A stretch of 63,480 nucleotides of DNA, the filler included, from Sphacelaria rigidula (lineage: Eukaryota): the NCBI GenBank assembly GCA_964200075.2. It is 7 parts of 7 records of this genome, joined end to end, with 100 filler letters (N's around TTAATTAATTAA, not from the genome) between each part and the next. Parts side by side here need not be neighbours in the genome. Positions count along the whole stretch, not along the records: positions 45,420 to 54,400 come from CAXNAA020009592.1; positions 54,501 to 63,480 come from CAXNAA020009593.1; 5 more parts are not named here. One strand, written 5' to 3'. Numbering within the stretch: position 1 is the stretch's first letter; the number at the start of each line of letters is the position of its first letter. The position numbers and the translations under genes were made by a program. Positions 48,116 to 61,248 of the stretch are shown one piece after another. The notes beneath the pieces are model-generated. The model worked only from the letters and a program-made list of their open reading frames with translations. It was not told where the DNA came from and did not search any database.

Positions 48116-51100
48116 GTAATGATAATGATAATACTTTGGTGCGGAAACGGTGCAAATGGCAGCTGGTGAAAGAATACTTGGATGCAATCAAATTAGTGAA
48201 CAACTTGTGAACAGTACAGATTGCAACAGCTCAGAGAATACTTGGATGCAGCGAAGTTGGTGAAGGAGTTGGGAATAGTGCAGATTACAGCAGCGAGGGG
48301 AATTACTTGGATGCTCGAAACAAATGAGTAAGCCCCCCTCCCCTTTTGAAGTCTTTCCCTTTTCCCCACCCGTCAGTGCCTGAAACAACGTGGAGTTCTC
48401 GACAATCCAACATGGTGACAGATACAGGCAATGCAGTCCAACACGACACAAATCCAGGGGTCAGGTGGAATGTGAGTGTGGCGTTCCAGTTTGGTCCCCT
48501 CAAGGTTTGACGCAAACACTTCGGGTATGAGGTGTTTCGGATGGGGTGGGCGGATATCGAAGGAACTTCTTGCTATTGAGACAGCGGTGGTACGTGTTTG
48601 ATGTTTACGGCGAGTCCAGAGCTCGAAGGGGAATGTGTCAGACGGTAGCATGGCGTCAGGTCGTCGGGTAGGGTACGATTGCGCAAGAGTGTGCGTGAAA
48701 CGTACTCTCTCTGGGGCCAAGATTTGTACAATTCTGTGACCTTTTCAGCAGCCGTTCCCCTAGGTTCTCGTGCGATGTATATGGGGAACCTTCCTGATGA
48801 GATCAGGAGGGTGGTCGGAGGGGCAGAGGCGGTGAAGAGTCAGTAGAACCTGTGCGTGTCGGTAGCTTCGGGGTGAAAGTCTGACCGGTTCGGAGAGCAA
48901 GCCTTGTATGACTTTATACTTCATAAATTTCTCAACGTCCGATTCGCCGAGTATTGCAGGCGGCTGGGCATGGTGTCCGAATCATTCAAGGGGGAGAAGG
49001 CCACGCAGCAGGCCCTTCGCGCTAAGCTTAAAGCCGCGCGTGGTACCGCGAAATGTCAACCGAGGCAGCCGTATGCCGACAGCGGCGGTGCTTCATGCGG
49101 AAGTGAAGGCGTTCGCCCCAGCGCCAAGGCAGATCTGATCGGGTGAAAGTTCACCGAGCAATTGTTCGGGAAGCTCACCGTTGCCGAACTGCGCGAGCAC
49201 ACCCAAAATGTGAGTGACAATCTCAAGGTCAGAGTAGAGCGACAAAGACACGTTCCCAGGCGCAACTGCGGTACCTCGTGCTGGGGATCGTCTGCGGCGA
49301 AGAGGACGGTTCCGGGCTGGATGACTCCGATGTCGCGAACACAGAGGCCATCGAAGCTAAGACTGGTGATTCAGGGTCGCAGGGGTAGACTAATGTCCAT
49401 GTGCCGGTGTTGTTTTTTTGCGACAGCGAATACGTAACGGCGACGCCAGGATTCACCGCCGTGGTAGGATCGGTGCCCTAATTCATCATGCAGGTTCATT
49501 AAAATCGAAACTACGTGCTGGAGGGCCTTGGGTGCCGTACGAATGCCTGGTCCGTGTAGTCTTTTAGGACGGCCGCGTCTAGACACGTGCGTGGAATGTA
49601 TGATGATCCTCGCGAGGCAACTGTGTATTGTGGATATGGGGCTGGCGCAGACGACCGTCGACCTTTGGTCATCTCTGGAGTGATCTGCAGTAATTTTGGG
49701 GTGGGGTCTTTTTGTTGTGATATTTTTTTCGGAAAAGGGGAGACCATATATATTGTGCTAGGTTGGTATATATTGATATATGGCCTCCGTTTTCGATAGT
49801 TGTTTTTTTAAATGTAATATGGAGCATCGCGTGTGCACACACCATGCCATGGGCAGTGTTTTTTTTCATAATTTCAGGATAACTTACTCATGGCTTGTTG
49901 ACGTCGTGCGGAATCAAACGATCCTGCCCGTCAGTCGTTACCGCCATGTTTGCCCTCTTCTTTTCATCTGTGAATCGCGGTTGAGAATGGAGAACCGGTC
50001 GGGCACATCGAGATACAAAGAAACCCGAAGCGACCTCCCTCTTTCTTATTGTTAGGGGTGACTCGAGGGCGTTCTCCTGTACGAAATACCAAGAGTCTTC
50101 ATCGTATTGTGATATCCGCCTCAGCGATTGCCCATCCTACATTTATCAGCACAAACATATCACATGGGCCAGTGTGAGCAGTGCCATGGGAGGGATGCCC
50201 TTTTTTTTGTTTGTAGCTTTGCTGAGGGAATATCTGCGCCTTAATGAGCACCCTCAGCTAGGTTTTAGTATGGTGACTTTATAACAAATATGCGTACACT
50301 ACTGCGAACAAGTGACAGTGGACCTGGGGCCTGTACCTGACAGCAGTACAAGTACAGACAGAGCTCGTGACACGAGCTGGGCCAGCCTAGAAGCGAATTT
50401 GGAATTTGCAGGCCCATTCGCAATTTCATACTTAGAGTTGGACCCTGAAAATTGGTATGGACAATCAATATGGCGTGATTCCAATTTTCAAATTGGTTGT
50501 TGTCTCAGGCTATTCCAGATTCGGCTATAGATTTCTGTGACAGAAAACACTCTCGTTTTCTCGGAATACTTGAAAAAAACCCAGCAGAAACTCTAAAAAA
50601 ATCAGCAGAACCTGCTCAAAATATGACCCCATTATCTTGACTACAGGGTGGTACACTCAGAACCAGAAAACTCTGCAGTGGTGTATGAACTGCAGAGTAC
50701 TACTCTCAACACCAGACAAGGCAGTTATGCCGTGTTTTCTGGTCGCTCGCGACGGACTGTATTCAAATGAAAAAACTTGTAACCCAGATCTGCACGTTGA
50801 GAAAACTACACAGATGTTCTGCAGCATCACGAGAAATCACGCGCCGTTCTAATCGCGTTCCGCACGAGAAGGAGAAGAAGCAACAGCAGCAGTATCAGCA
50901 GCATCTTTACTGCCAGTAGATGTACGCGGCTGGGGGTGGGTCTATATCAGCCGGTGCCGATTCGTGTGTGTGTCAGCGCTGTCCAGCACGGTGGCTATCA
51001 CTCGTAAGGTGGGTGGGTGTTGTCGTACGGTCGAGACGCGGACCGTCTACGATCAAGAGCAGCGGCAGCAGCACCAGCAGCATCGGCGCCGGTTGATTCA

Positions 51101-51574
51101 GACCCACCCCCAGCCACGTACATTTACTGGCAACGAATATGCTGCTGCTGCTGCTGCTGACTTGCTGCTTCTCGTGCGGACGGTCCACGGCACTTGACAG
51201 CCCCCCGCATACAAACAAGATCTAGAGGACCTTTCTGCACTGGAGCCCTGACATGAAGTAGCCGCCAGCTTTGTCTTTCTTCTTTCAACTCTCCCTCTGT
51301 AGTTCGACACTTCAAAGGATACTCGCCATGCGCATTCACTGTAGTTACGTTGGTGTGTAGCGGCCACAACAGCTGCTGTTCGTGCTCTTGTCTTATTATC
51401 TTCGCAATGGCGGTAAACGTGGGGTGGCAGCTCGGAGCGTGTGCTTTCCGACTGGTACAGACAACGGGAGGACACTCGCTAGTGCAACAAGGTTGTCCAT
51501 CTACTGATGTGGAGCGAGCTTTCCGGAGGAACAAAATCACCTCAACACCGACCACTCCCAGACTTAAATAAAGG

Positions 51575-52593
51575 CGCAAAAAGTATATCCACCTACGGGG
51601 ACCCACATTTTTTTAATCAGCTGCCCGTCACGGATGTTTTCAAACAAGGTGAAGCCTTCACGCGTAGTACCGGAGTGTATGCAGTACACAGCAGTAACAC
51701 ACACACAGTAAACAAAGTGAAGCCTTCACGTGTAGTACCGTAGTGCAGGCAGTAGTCAATAGTCATATCCTCTGCTTCTGCATCCACTGCCACGGACGTG
51801 CATCTGAATGTGACGTCGAACCCTACAGTGAAGACGGTATAGTTCTGTACTGTATTGGCAAAGCACAGCTACCTACTTTGCTCGCGAGTACAGCCCGTGC
51901 TTGTAACCTGGCAGAGTACAGCCTGTACTCGGAAATGGAGTAGTACAAGATAACAACTACAGGCTACAGCTGTGTCGTGTTTGCGAAGCATAGCCTATAC
52001 TTGTAATGTCGTACTGTTCGCAAAATCCACGGCCTGTATTGTGAATACTCTTGCCCGCTGCAACACCCTGGCACTTCATTGTATTACCGTTTTACCGTAA
52101 AGTCTATATCGTACAGTATGTTTTGTGCCCATCATCTCGAGAAAAAAAATCTCATCCACGGCACCACCGGATGATGAAAGATCAAATTGGGTGTTTTCCG
52201 TCGTGCTCAACATTGACTCGTGCTGGCTGGACTTCGATACTCCGTCGGTCCTCCTTGTGTTTGTCTCTGCTGCATGCCAGCCGCCCCGGTGGCTCAGTTT
52301 GTAACCTCGACACCTTCTGATCTTCTATGCGTGTAGCTGTGTTCATGTGAACTATGTGCGTGCCGTTCACCTGCCCGCTGAGTGGGTTTGTAAAGGTGAC
52401 GCTCTCAAATTCAAAAACTTGGCTCTGGTTTTGCTCGTAAACCGAACCCACTTTGTTTGAAAACATCCGTAATGGGCAGCTGATTAAAAAAAAATGGGCT
52501 CCCGAATTAGAAAAAAACAACGCGGGATCGGTCATGATAAAAGGTCACAGTGGAAATAAGGATCCGTCTATATAGGTGGATATACTTTTTGCG
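51575..52593. mobile_element. ~1-kb non-autonomous TIR element (Tc1/mariner-like TIR core)
   Basis: Perfect 21-bp inverted pair cgcaaaaagtatatccaccta (51575-51595) / taggtggatatactttttgcg (52573-52593). No clear TSD. Confidence 0.65.
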
Positions 52594-53647
52594 TGAATAA
52601 TGTACTAGAAATATAGTTCAATTCCGGCCGGCGTATATCTGCCTGTACCATAGAACCAGTTCCATACAACGTTTGAGCAGACCCGCCAGTCTAAAAACGA
52701 ACACATTTTTGAATTCACCTACCACCCCCAATAGTGACGAAGCATCATAATGTGAACAGACCACGACATGTACACTCGCAGTACTACATGCACATGCCGT
52801 CGACGCAGTCGTTGGCGTTCCCCGCGACGCGTCCGAGACTCTCTCTTTAGGTGTAGAGTACTCCTCGATCTCGTTTGTGTAACTCATCTGGGTGGGCGCC
52901 CACTACGTCACGCAGTTCCGTTTGCAGTGGAAATGACTCAAGTACGATTGCACTACTGGGGGTTGCACTAGCGCGTTTGCCTCGTTCGATGCCCACTGGC
53001 AGTCCGGGAGGCCCGTGTTGTGCGTGTACGTCAAGACAGATCTACAAGTAGTGGCCAGGGATAGATCGAGAGAACCTAGCGGGAACTTGCCAAGCGACGA
53101 CTCCGGTCTCAGCTCCGCCTTCCTACTCACCCTTGCGCACGTGGAAGGGCGTCACTCGGACTAGAACGATAATGTCTGGAATTTGCGTGGTGCGATGCGC
53201 GAAATAATTGTCATCGTCAATCTATGGCCCTTACTTTCTTTCCGTCCCTTCTTCTGCTTGTATGCAGTTCTTGCTTTTTTTCATTGAGGGCGTCTGTCTC
53301 TTCTGTCCCCTTTCCATTCCATCTCAATGCGAGAAAGAATGGGAAAATTGGAAGTGTGATGCGAAGCAGAGCGATCTATTAAAGACAGTTTGCGCAATAT
53401 GGCGATGTTTATCTCTGACGTTACATGAGATGCACAAAGGGGCACGTTTATGCCTGTCTTCGCGTTACGAATCGTTAAATCAGTACCGGCAACAATCTTG
53501 GTGCGTGCTGCACCGTGAACGCATCCGGCATGGCCGTGGCTGAACAGCAGTAGTGCTTCCTCATGTCTTTTTCTCCGCGCAGAAGCGGAATCCCCTTCAG
53601 CTGTTGACGCCTTATCGCGTGGAAGGCTTCTGGCACAGACTTCCTCA

Positions 53648-53691
53648 TGATCTTGTCACGATTTTGTCACGATTTTGTCATGATTTTATCA
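53648..53691 (+). repeat. 11-bp minisatellite (gattttgtcac) x4
   Basis: Seen directly. Confidence 0.85.
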
Positions 53692-54170
53692 CCACCCTCC
53701 CCCACGAGACCGTGACTTGAACCTTGGTTTTCGCTCCTCTGCTCTCGTATCTACCTCGTTTCCTGTGAAGGGGGCGAAGGGGGAAGATGATACTTATGAC
53801 CTTGCATGCCGTGGTCACATGGTCATCAACCTCGCACCCCTACGTAGCCGAAACGAGGCATGTCGGTTTGCCGGACCAGGCTCGCAATCAATCACCAAGC
53901 GCGAAGCGCCGTGGTATATTCGGCGAGTCGCATGAGGGATGACCTGCATCTTGTCAAGATTGTTCGGCCCGGAGCCTTCTGATTTATCGTGCATTTGAAT
54001 GACAGCCTCCACTGTAATTAGTTACTTCATTTTCTGGTATCGCCACTTCCAGAGACAACCACGGGTTGCACACTGCCTCATGGGGTTTCACCGCAGTCAA
54101 ACACCACGTAGCATCCCCCTTGCGCGGAGCTGAGGTTCTCCCACCCGGCACGATGTGATCTACTGGACCG

Positions 54171-54272
54171 CCATCATGGTTACCGCAAAATACGCAAGTG
54201 CGCAAAAAACACGGTAACATGGTTGCCTAGCTTATACAGTGAGTGGCGTGTTTCATAGCGTCAGTGCCAACC
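54171..54272 (+). repeat. Dispersed repeat with internal hairpin, copy 2
   Basis: Similar to 1418-1520. Confidence 0.8.
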
Positions 54273-54400
54273 GCGTCACCCCCACAAGAGGTCTGTCCCA
54301 ATAAAGCCGGGACGGTGCACGCCGAGTTCTCGCTGGGCCAAGCTAGGGGGGGGGGGTGTACTCATGATCATGCATGCCATAGTCATCAGACCATTGACCT

Positions 54401-54500
54401 NNNNNNNNNNNNNNNNNNNNNNNNNNNNNNNNNNNNNNNNNNNNTTAATTAATTAANNNNNNNNNNNNNNNNNNNNNNNNNNNNNNNNNNNNNNNNNNNN
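54401..54500. other. Artificial contig linker
   Basis: Same 100-bp spacer. Confidence 0.99.
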
Positions 54501-55963
54501 GTTGCTTGCCTTAGTCGTTTGACCATTGACCACGCATCCCTTTCGAGCCGGAGCACTACGATAGGGGGGGGGTATTTGGTTGCACGAAAAAAGAGGCTTG
54601 CAAGTGTGTCAGACGACCTGCCACACTCGCGGTGCGCTTGTATTTGGTTCGAAACGATGTCAATCGGCATGAATGAGCGTCACGTATCTACAACAAGCTT
54701 ATTCGGGCAACCGTTGCTGCTTTTAACGACGATTTGACCTGGAATTTCGTGCAACAGATGGCCCAACCCCTCCCCCCCCCTACCGTAGGATGACTCCAAC
54801 ATTCGTCCTTCCCTTGGGTCTCGCCCCATGTGGTCGTCCCCAAAAAGGATGGAAACATACGCATAACCGTGAATTACCAACGGTTGAACCGCGTCACTGT
54901 AGTCGGTAAACTTTCAATTCCTCGCATTGATGAAGTCTCCGACTCCTCAGGCGAAGGAAAAATATTCAGAACCTTCGACCTCGCCTCTAGATTTTTTCAG
55001 AATGCTATACACCCGACACAGTTCCACTGACGGCTTTTTGCACCTCGTCCGGACTGTATGAGTGGCTTCGAATGCCACAAGGCGCCGCCACTGCCCCGGA
55101 ATGCTTTCAGCGCTTAATGTAACGCGTCACCGAGGGCCTCGAGCACATCATCATGCACTTGGATGACGCCATCGCTTTCGATGCCTCACCTATTTGCACA
55201 TATACACACTTTACGATAACTTCTCTCTCGCCTACGCACGCACGATTTGAAACTGTCTCCATCCAAAGCTCGCCTTGGGGCGACCGACTTGGATTTCTTG
55301 GGGCATTCCATTTCGCCAGCGGGCCTGCATCCGGATACAAACAAAGTCAAGTCGATGGCTGATTCGCCGATGCCAACTAACACTTCTCAACTTCGCTCAT
55401 TGTTGGACGGGCTATCCTACAACCGCAAATATTTGCCGAATTCATCGAAACGGGTTCGCCCCCTTACTGAGCTACTCAAGGAAGGAGCCGTGTTTTCTTT
55501 CACCACCGAAATGGAGAATATCACCCGCCCACTACTTGAGACGCTTACCGAAAAGCCCGTACTTTGCTTTCCTGATTGGGAAGCAGTACAAGATGGCTCC
55601 CGCCTTTTTCCACTCCACACCGACACCAGCACGAATGGATTTGGAGGAGTTTTGAACAAACCTCAGGCTGATGGCTCTGTCCGACCCATTCTTTATATCA
55701 GCCGCGCTACCCTGCCCAACGAGGCCAATTGGAGCCCGCTACAACTGCAAGGCGGAGTAATCACTTGGGCCATTAAGCGCCTTCGACAATATCTGTTTCA
55801 CGTGCCCTTCGAGATCTATACGGATCACGGAGCACTTGAACAACTCGCCAAGGTTAGTGAACACAACCCTCGTGTACAACGATGGTTGGAGTTTCTGACA
55901 GCATAACAGCATTATACCATTACGCCCGGTTACGCCGTCGACCTCCAGTGCCCGGAAACCGGT

Positions 55964-58186
55964 ATGCATATGGGAGGATCTCACCCTCTACCATTTGACG
56001 CCGTTTTGGGTGGGTTAAAGCCCACTACCTCCGATTCGGTCGATTTTCGCACTTTCGGTACTCGCGCGAAACTGCTCGCGGAGACACCCCCAGCCACCTA
56101 CCTTATCTCCGACAACACGCGCTCCCGGTCTGCCGCCCGCACCACACCGAGTGCCCCGCCGCCACCAACAACACCTGTAACCCCTATGAGCCACCCAGCA
56201 CAAGTTCCACGGACCAACACGCAAAGCTCCGCAACCACTTCTGCACCGTGCGCAACGCGCCGCGAACAATCTTCGCCGCGCACTGATACAACTCCGCCGC
56301 CTATAATGGCGCCGCAAACATCTCCTGCCCCCGAGCACGGATTTGACGACTCGTCTCCTGCTCCCGGGACAGATATTGACGTTGGCATTTCTACCCCGTC
56401 GCCTATTCCCCCGCCGCCTGCCCTACCATGTTTGGTCGGCTCGCCAGCGGAAGGTCGACTACGCGAGTTTCTCGCCAGCTACTCCCACCGCGATTGGGCT
56501 CGCGAACAAAACGTAGAACCGCTATGTCGCGCAGCCATTCGGTCCTTACAACTTGACTGTCCAGTCCCTTTTCCGTCCACACTTCTGGCCCCGGTTGGGA
56601 CACTGCCACCACCAGTTATTTCTGACGTACACGAGCTCGTGCGTAAAGGCGCCCTTTTTATTACGGATGAAGGTGTGCAACTACTCGTACGTCGGCCCAC
56701 GCCTTTGACAGGCGCAATTGCCGCCTCGACTACGGGGCGCACCGCACGACTACTCGATGACGAACCAACGCGCATATATGTGGTATTATTTATGCGTCCC
56801 TGGGTCATGAAAGGCTGGCGCACAGACTTGTCACATCACGTTGGCGTCACCCGCACCCTCGCGCTCTTGGAACGCTTCTACTGCTGGGTTGGCGTGGAAA
56901 TTTTAACCCGCTTCTGGATTCGGCGATGCTTTCAATCCCAAGCCCGCAAAACTTCACGACAGACAGTACGCTGGCCCGTCATCTCTATTGGACTCCCCGA
57001 CGAGCCCGGCCACCTTGTGTCCTTCGACTATTTTGGCCCTCTACCGACCACAGGTCGCGGCAACTACTATATCTTACTCTTCACTGACCGCTTTAGCCTC
57101 CACGCATCCATGGACGCGGTAACCGCCGCAGATTTCACTGCCGCCGGAACGGCCGACATACTGGTCCACCATTACATTAAGCACTACGGTTGTCCCAAGC
57201 GACTACTTTCAGACAATGGTCAGCAATTTTGCTCAGACCTCTCTGACGAACTTTACAAGCTCCTGGGCATCCGCCATATTTCTACGAGCGCCAACCACCC
57301 AAACGGTAACGGTGGTACCGAAAGAGTTAACCACACCATGGTCCAGATGCTCTCTATGGTTGTCAATGACCGCCAAAATGACTGGGACCTACATCTCTCG
57401 CACATTATGTTGTCCTACAACAGCTCGGTTAGCGCCGCCACAGGCCTTTCTCCGAACGAACTCCATCTTGGACGTTACCCTCGGCTGCCTATCACCGTGT
57501 TTGAGCGACACACCTTTGACAGCCACCAAGGATTGGATCAAGATCAGATATCCTACCACGAGCTAGCGCACGTGCGACAACGCAAAGCGTTTACCCTCGT
57601 TCGCGAACAACACGCTATCAACGCCTCGCGCCTAGGGAGATCTAACGCTGCTCTCTACAACCTCGTACACGAACGCCCTAGCTGGAAAGGTGGTTATTGG
57701 GTTTGGATCTACAACAGTTTGTCGAGCATCCGCCAAGGCATCAGCAAAGCAGCCAACGAAACAATTTTGAAGACAAAATTGTCCCTCAATTGGACAGGAC
57801 CATTCAAGACCCTAAGAGTCGGACCATCGTCGTCATCACCGGATAAAAAAACCGTTGGTGACAAAGTGCTCTATCTCGACTTGCCTCGCGACTTCCAGGG
57901 CGAAGACACCAAGCGCCGCGTCTCCGTGCACAGATGCAAACCCTGCACGAATCCGCATGGTACAAGTGACATGCCCAAGTACCTCCCTGCCGGACTCACA
58001 CAGTATACTCTCAACAGCTACTCGACCAAGTCCCCGCCCTACCACGTTACAACCGACGACGTAACGGAACAGCCCCTTCGGTTGGCTGTGTCCTCCATTT
58101 CCGGCCACCAGATAACCCGTGGTCGAGGAGGCAAGATCGCTGTCATGTATAAGACACACTGGCACGGTCTTCAGAGAGCGTCTTGA
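55964..58186 (+). pseudogene. pol: gypsy integrase region (740-aa ORF remnant)
   Basis: The DDE triad is recognisable. The HHCC finger is damaged (CFQSQARK) and a stop falls in the chromodomain-like segment. Confidence 0.88.
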
Positions 58187-58920
58187 GAACGCGAATCCGA
58201 CCTGCAATCGCACCGACGTGCAATCCTCCTTGACTGGACGCAATCCCAACGTGAGCATCTTGCTCACAACAAGAAATATCGCAACATGCGCCGTGGCGCA
58301 GCAGCCCGCGAACTTCACCGCGATCAGGAACTACGCTTTGTCGCCGATGGTTACGAACTAGTGCCCTCCAAGACATGTATAAGACAAAGTTCTTCGCGAA
58401 CCAGCGACGCCTGCCCAAGGGCAGCTACCGTTGCTTCAAAGGCAGCGACAACCTTTGGTGGTTGGGTCAGATCCACTCCGCTAACCTGGTTTCGGCCGAC
58501 ACATACATCTTGCGTTGCATCGATGACCCTGGACCCATACAGCTCAAGCTTCGGCCAGCGCTATACACCACCAGCCCATCTGCACCACGCGGATCCTGGT
58601 GTCTCCAGCACCTCAAGTCCAAAGGACTTCGCCGCGGTCTCCAGCGCAACATCGACCACACCCGTCCACGCCCCGCCTTGAACCACGGTTCTTTGTCGCG
58701 ACTGTTGCCCCACCCCCATTTTCCCCGTAAGCATTGTGTGCCCTCCCTTCTCCGCCAGGATCCTCTTCTACGACACCACAACAGCGCGACCTACATCGGA
58801 TGACGAAGAATTACTGAATGACCACTGCCTACTACTACTGGAGCCATAGTATCCCCTTCAATTGGCGCTCGATCTCGTTGGATCACCGATTTTCAGACTT
58901 TCGATCCTGCATTTTTTAGC

Positions 58921-59060
58921 ACCTTTGGATTCTCCCAGGTTGAAGCTCTGCTCCCTGTCGTACTTTTGGATTCCCCCAGGTTGAAGCTCTGCTCCCTATT
59001 GTACCTTTGGATTTCCCCAGGTTGAAGCCCTGCTCCCTGTTGTACCTCCCTGGTTTCCCC
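58921..59060 (+). repeat. 41-bp tandem repeat x3.4 in the gypsy 3' UTR
   Basis: acctttggattctcccaggttgaagctctgctccctgtcgt starts at 58921, 58962 and 59003. Confidence 0.92.
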
Positions 59061-60567
59061 CCTTAAATTTCGCTTGGACGCCGAAGCACTTTGTGCTTCT
59101 TCGTTGATCGCTAGCACGCCGAAGCAGTTTATGCTTCTGCGTTTCGGAGCAGTTTATTTCTGCTCCTCGAAGCAGTCTATGCTTCCCCTATTTTGAGGTG
59201 TAGGAGTGGGTACAGGATTATTGGTACGGGAGTGTTAGGTCCGGGAGTGTTCCTTCAGGTTTGCTTGATTAGCCGCTCATGACTTGACGAGGAAAGAGAA
59301 ACCTTAGTTTTCGCTGCTTTGAGGATAAATCCTCACAGCTGTAATAAAGGTGCGTCTGGGTGGGTGAGTGCCATGTAGACGCATATTAGCCTGTTGTCAT
59401 GCCGCTTCAGACCCGTTGTCGAAGTCTGGATTTCGGTAATTCGGGAATCCCGGTAGACAAGACTGCAGGCCTGTTCAGAGTTGGTCAGGTGCGAATGTGG
59501 ACTTGTATCATTACAGGGATGATACTGGCTTTGGTCGTGTTACACGACCAAAGCTTACACCATCGATCACTGCCAACTGCTCCCCTACGGCTTTCCCGCA
59601 AAAGAAGTCTAACCATCGGTGAGATATATTGACTGGTTTGGGTTGGAATGATTAATTGGGTACTGGGGTTAGAATCAAGATAACCAAGAAGAAGAGAAGA
59701 ACCTCTTGCGTGAATTACTTGTCTGTTATATTGTGCTGAGCTGTGCTTAGCAGTGTGCAGGGCGAGCTGTGTTTAGCTGCGTGCAGGGCTGTGCCAGCCT
59801 GACTGTTGTCCACTTGCCTTGTGATCTTGTACCTTGGGCTACAAGTTGTGTTCTTTCTGTACACCACCGCTTGCTCTTCCTTACAATGTCCTGACAAGAA
59901 TATAATGCCGGGTGGCTCAACAACCTGTATGTCCTCTTGTGACAGGGCATTCTATAAAGTGAGGTTCATCAATGAAATGAGGTTTGAAGACCCTAGCCGT
60001 TGGATGACAAAAAGCCCTCAGGAGTACCCCACGACAGCGCTGATGTGCCATTTTGGGGAGGTGTAGGAAGTGCGTCCGTGGTTGCCCATGCCTCCCATCC
60101 CTGGTTAGCTGCGGGCGACGGACCATAACGACGTTTGTTTGAATGTCGACAATGTTCTCACTATTGTTTATCTCGAGGCTCGTGTCCGGACAGAAATCTA
60201 GGGCGTCACGTAGCTCGTCAGTGACGTGCTGGGGGGATATCACTGCCAGCGCAGTGATGTGCCGAGCGGATGATTGGGCGTCCACTGTACTGAAGAATTG
60301 ACGGCCGATGCACAACGTGAATGTTTTATTGCACGACTCAACCGTACTGCAAATACCCGTCGAGCCTTCCAGTCCGGTTCGAGCACATATGATGCGGCAA
60401 TGTCTCAGTCGAAAGAGATATCGTTGGCACCCACCCCAATATCGCTTCGTACGGTCCCGTCACACACACCATAGCAACACCTCATCATGCTACACGACAG
60501 CATCTCGACCCCGCCCTGAACTGTACGTTCGCGTCCGCATCCCGACCTGTATGTGAACCTATTGCTT

Positions 60568-61248
60568 TCACTCTCCAACTGCGCCACTGCAACTCGAGAC
60601 TCCAGCGTCATCACTATTGCTATTGCAATCACCACCATCATCACCATCGCCATCACTTCCATTATCACAGTCGTCACGGTCATCATCGGGGGCTACCTCG
60701 TCCTCCAACCCCTCTCGACCCGTGTCGCGTCTGACCGTCAGCCACCTTTGCTCGAATCCCGACCCACCTATGACCAGATCCCCGGGAGTGACCGCGATAG
60801 GCTGCTTCGCGGTGAGCCCCCCTTTCCTCTCTCGACTCTCTTGCACACTGGCTATTACAACATGCTGCGTGCCATCTGCGCTGCCTATCGCAGCGGGAAT
60901 GTAGGAGTCTCTGGGGCCGTTGTGTGGTATTTTCGACCTTATCCCCATCACAACCCCCTCCCCGCCCGTATCCCATTCCAAATGGTAGAATGTGCAGGTG
61001 TCTGAGACCTCCAAATACAGGGCCGCTTCCGGTTGGCAGGCTTCCCTGCCGGGTTCTACGAGGCGCCTGAGTTGTCTGTTGGATGCGACCAATACCAGGC
61101 GAATACATTGCTGACCCAGGATTTCTTGAGGTATCGAATCTACAGCCTCTCTAGGCGTGCTGTATACCCTGTACTTTCCCCACGAGGGAATTTCAGGGTA
61201 TACGATCTTCTGCTGGCCAGGCTTCGTGATGAGAAACAGCTCGTTCAT
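60568..61248 (-). CDS. Orphan 226-aa ORF with acidic C-terminus; possibly part of a decayed gene
   Basis: ATG-started and stop-free, with a D/G-rich tail and a codon-aligned shadow ORF on +. No family recognised. Confidence 0.3.
   Translation of the reverse strand: MNELFLITKPGQQKIVYPEIPSWGKYRVYSTPREAVDSIPQEILGQQCIRLVLVASNRQLRRLVEPGREACQPEAALYLEVSDTCTFYHLEWDTGGEGVVMGIRSKIPHNGPRDSYIPAAIGSADGTQHVVIASVQESRERKGGLTAKQPIAVTPGDLVIGGSGFEQRWLTVRRDTGREGLEDEVAPDDDRDDCDNGSDGDGDDGGDCNSNSDDAGVSSCSGAVGE

Larger units (their letters stand above)
54795..59544 (+). mobile_element. Ty3/gypsy LTR retrotransposon, 5'-truncated and decayed, RT-RH-INT-chromodomain-like
   Basis: RT: VVVPKKDGNIRITVNYQRLN, MPQG, HLDD. 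RNase H: LHTDTS, YTDH. Integrase: SFDYFGP, LLSDNG, GGTERVN, WTGPF. C-terminal VSSISGHQ...YKTHWHGL..AS*E is chromodomain-like. The LTR end (~59207-59544) is tentative. Confidence 0.92.

Noticed and set aside
48500..49560. piggyBac-like C-terminal relic
   Set aside because: Cys clusters are suggestive only. No DDD core, TIRs or TTAA ends were found.
51642..51740. CRISPR array
   Set aside because: Only two repeats, no cas genes, eukaryotic TE context.
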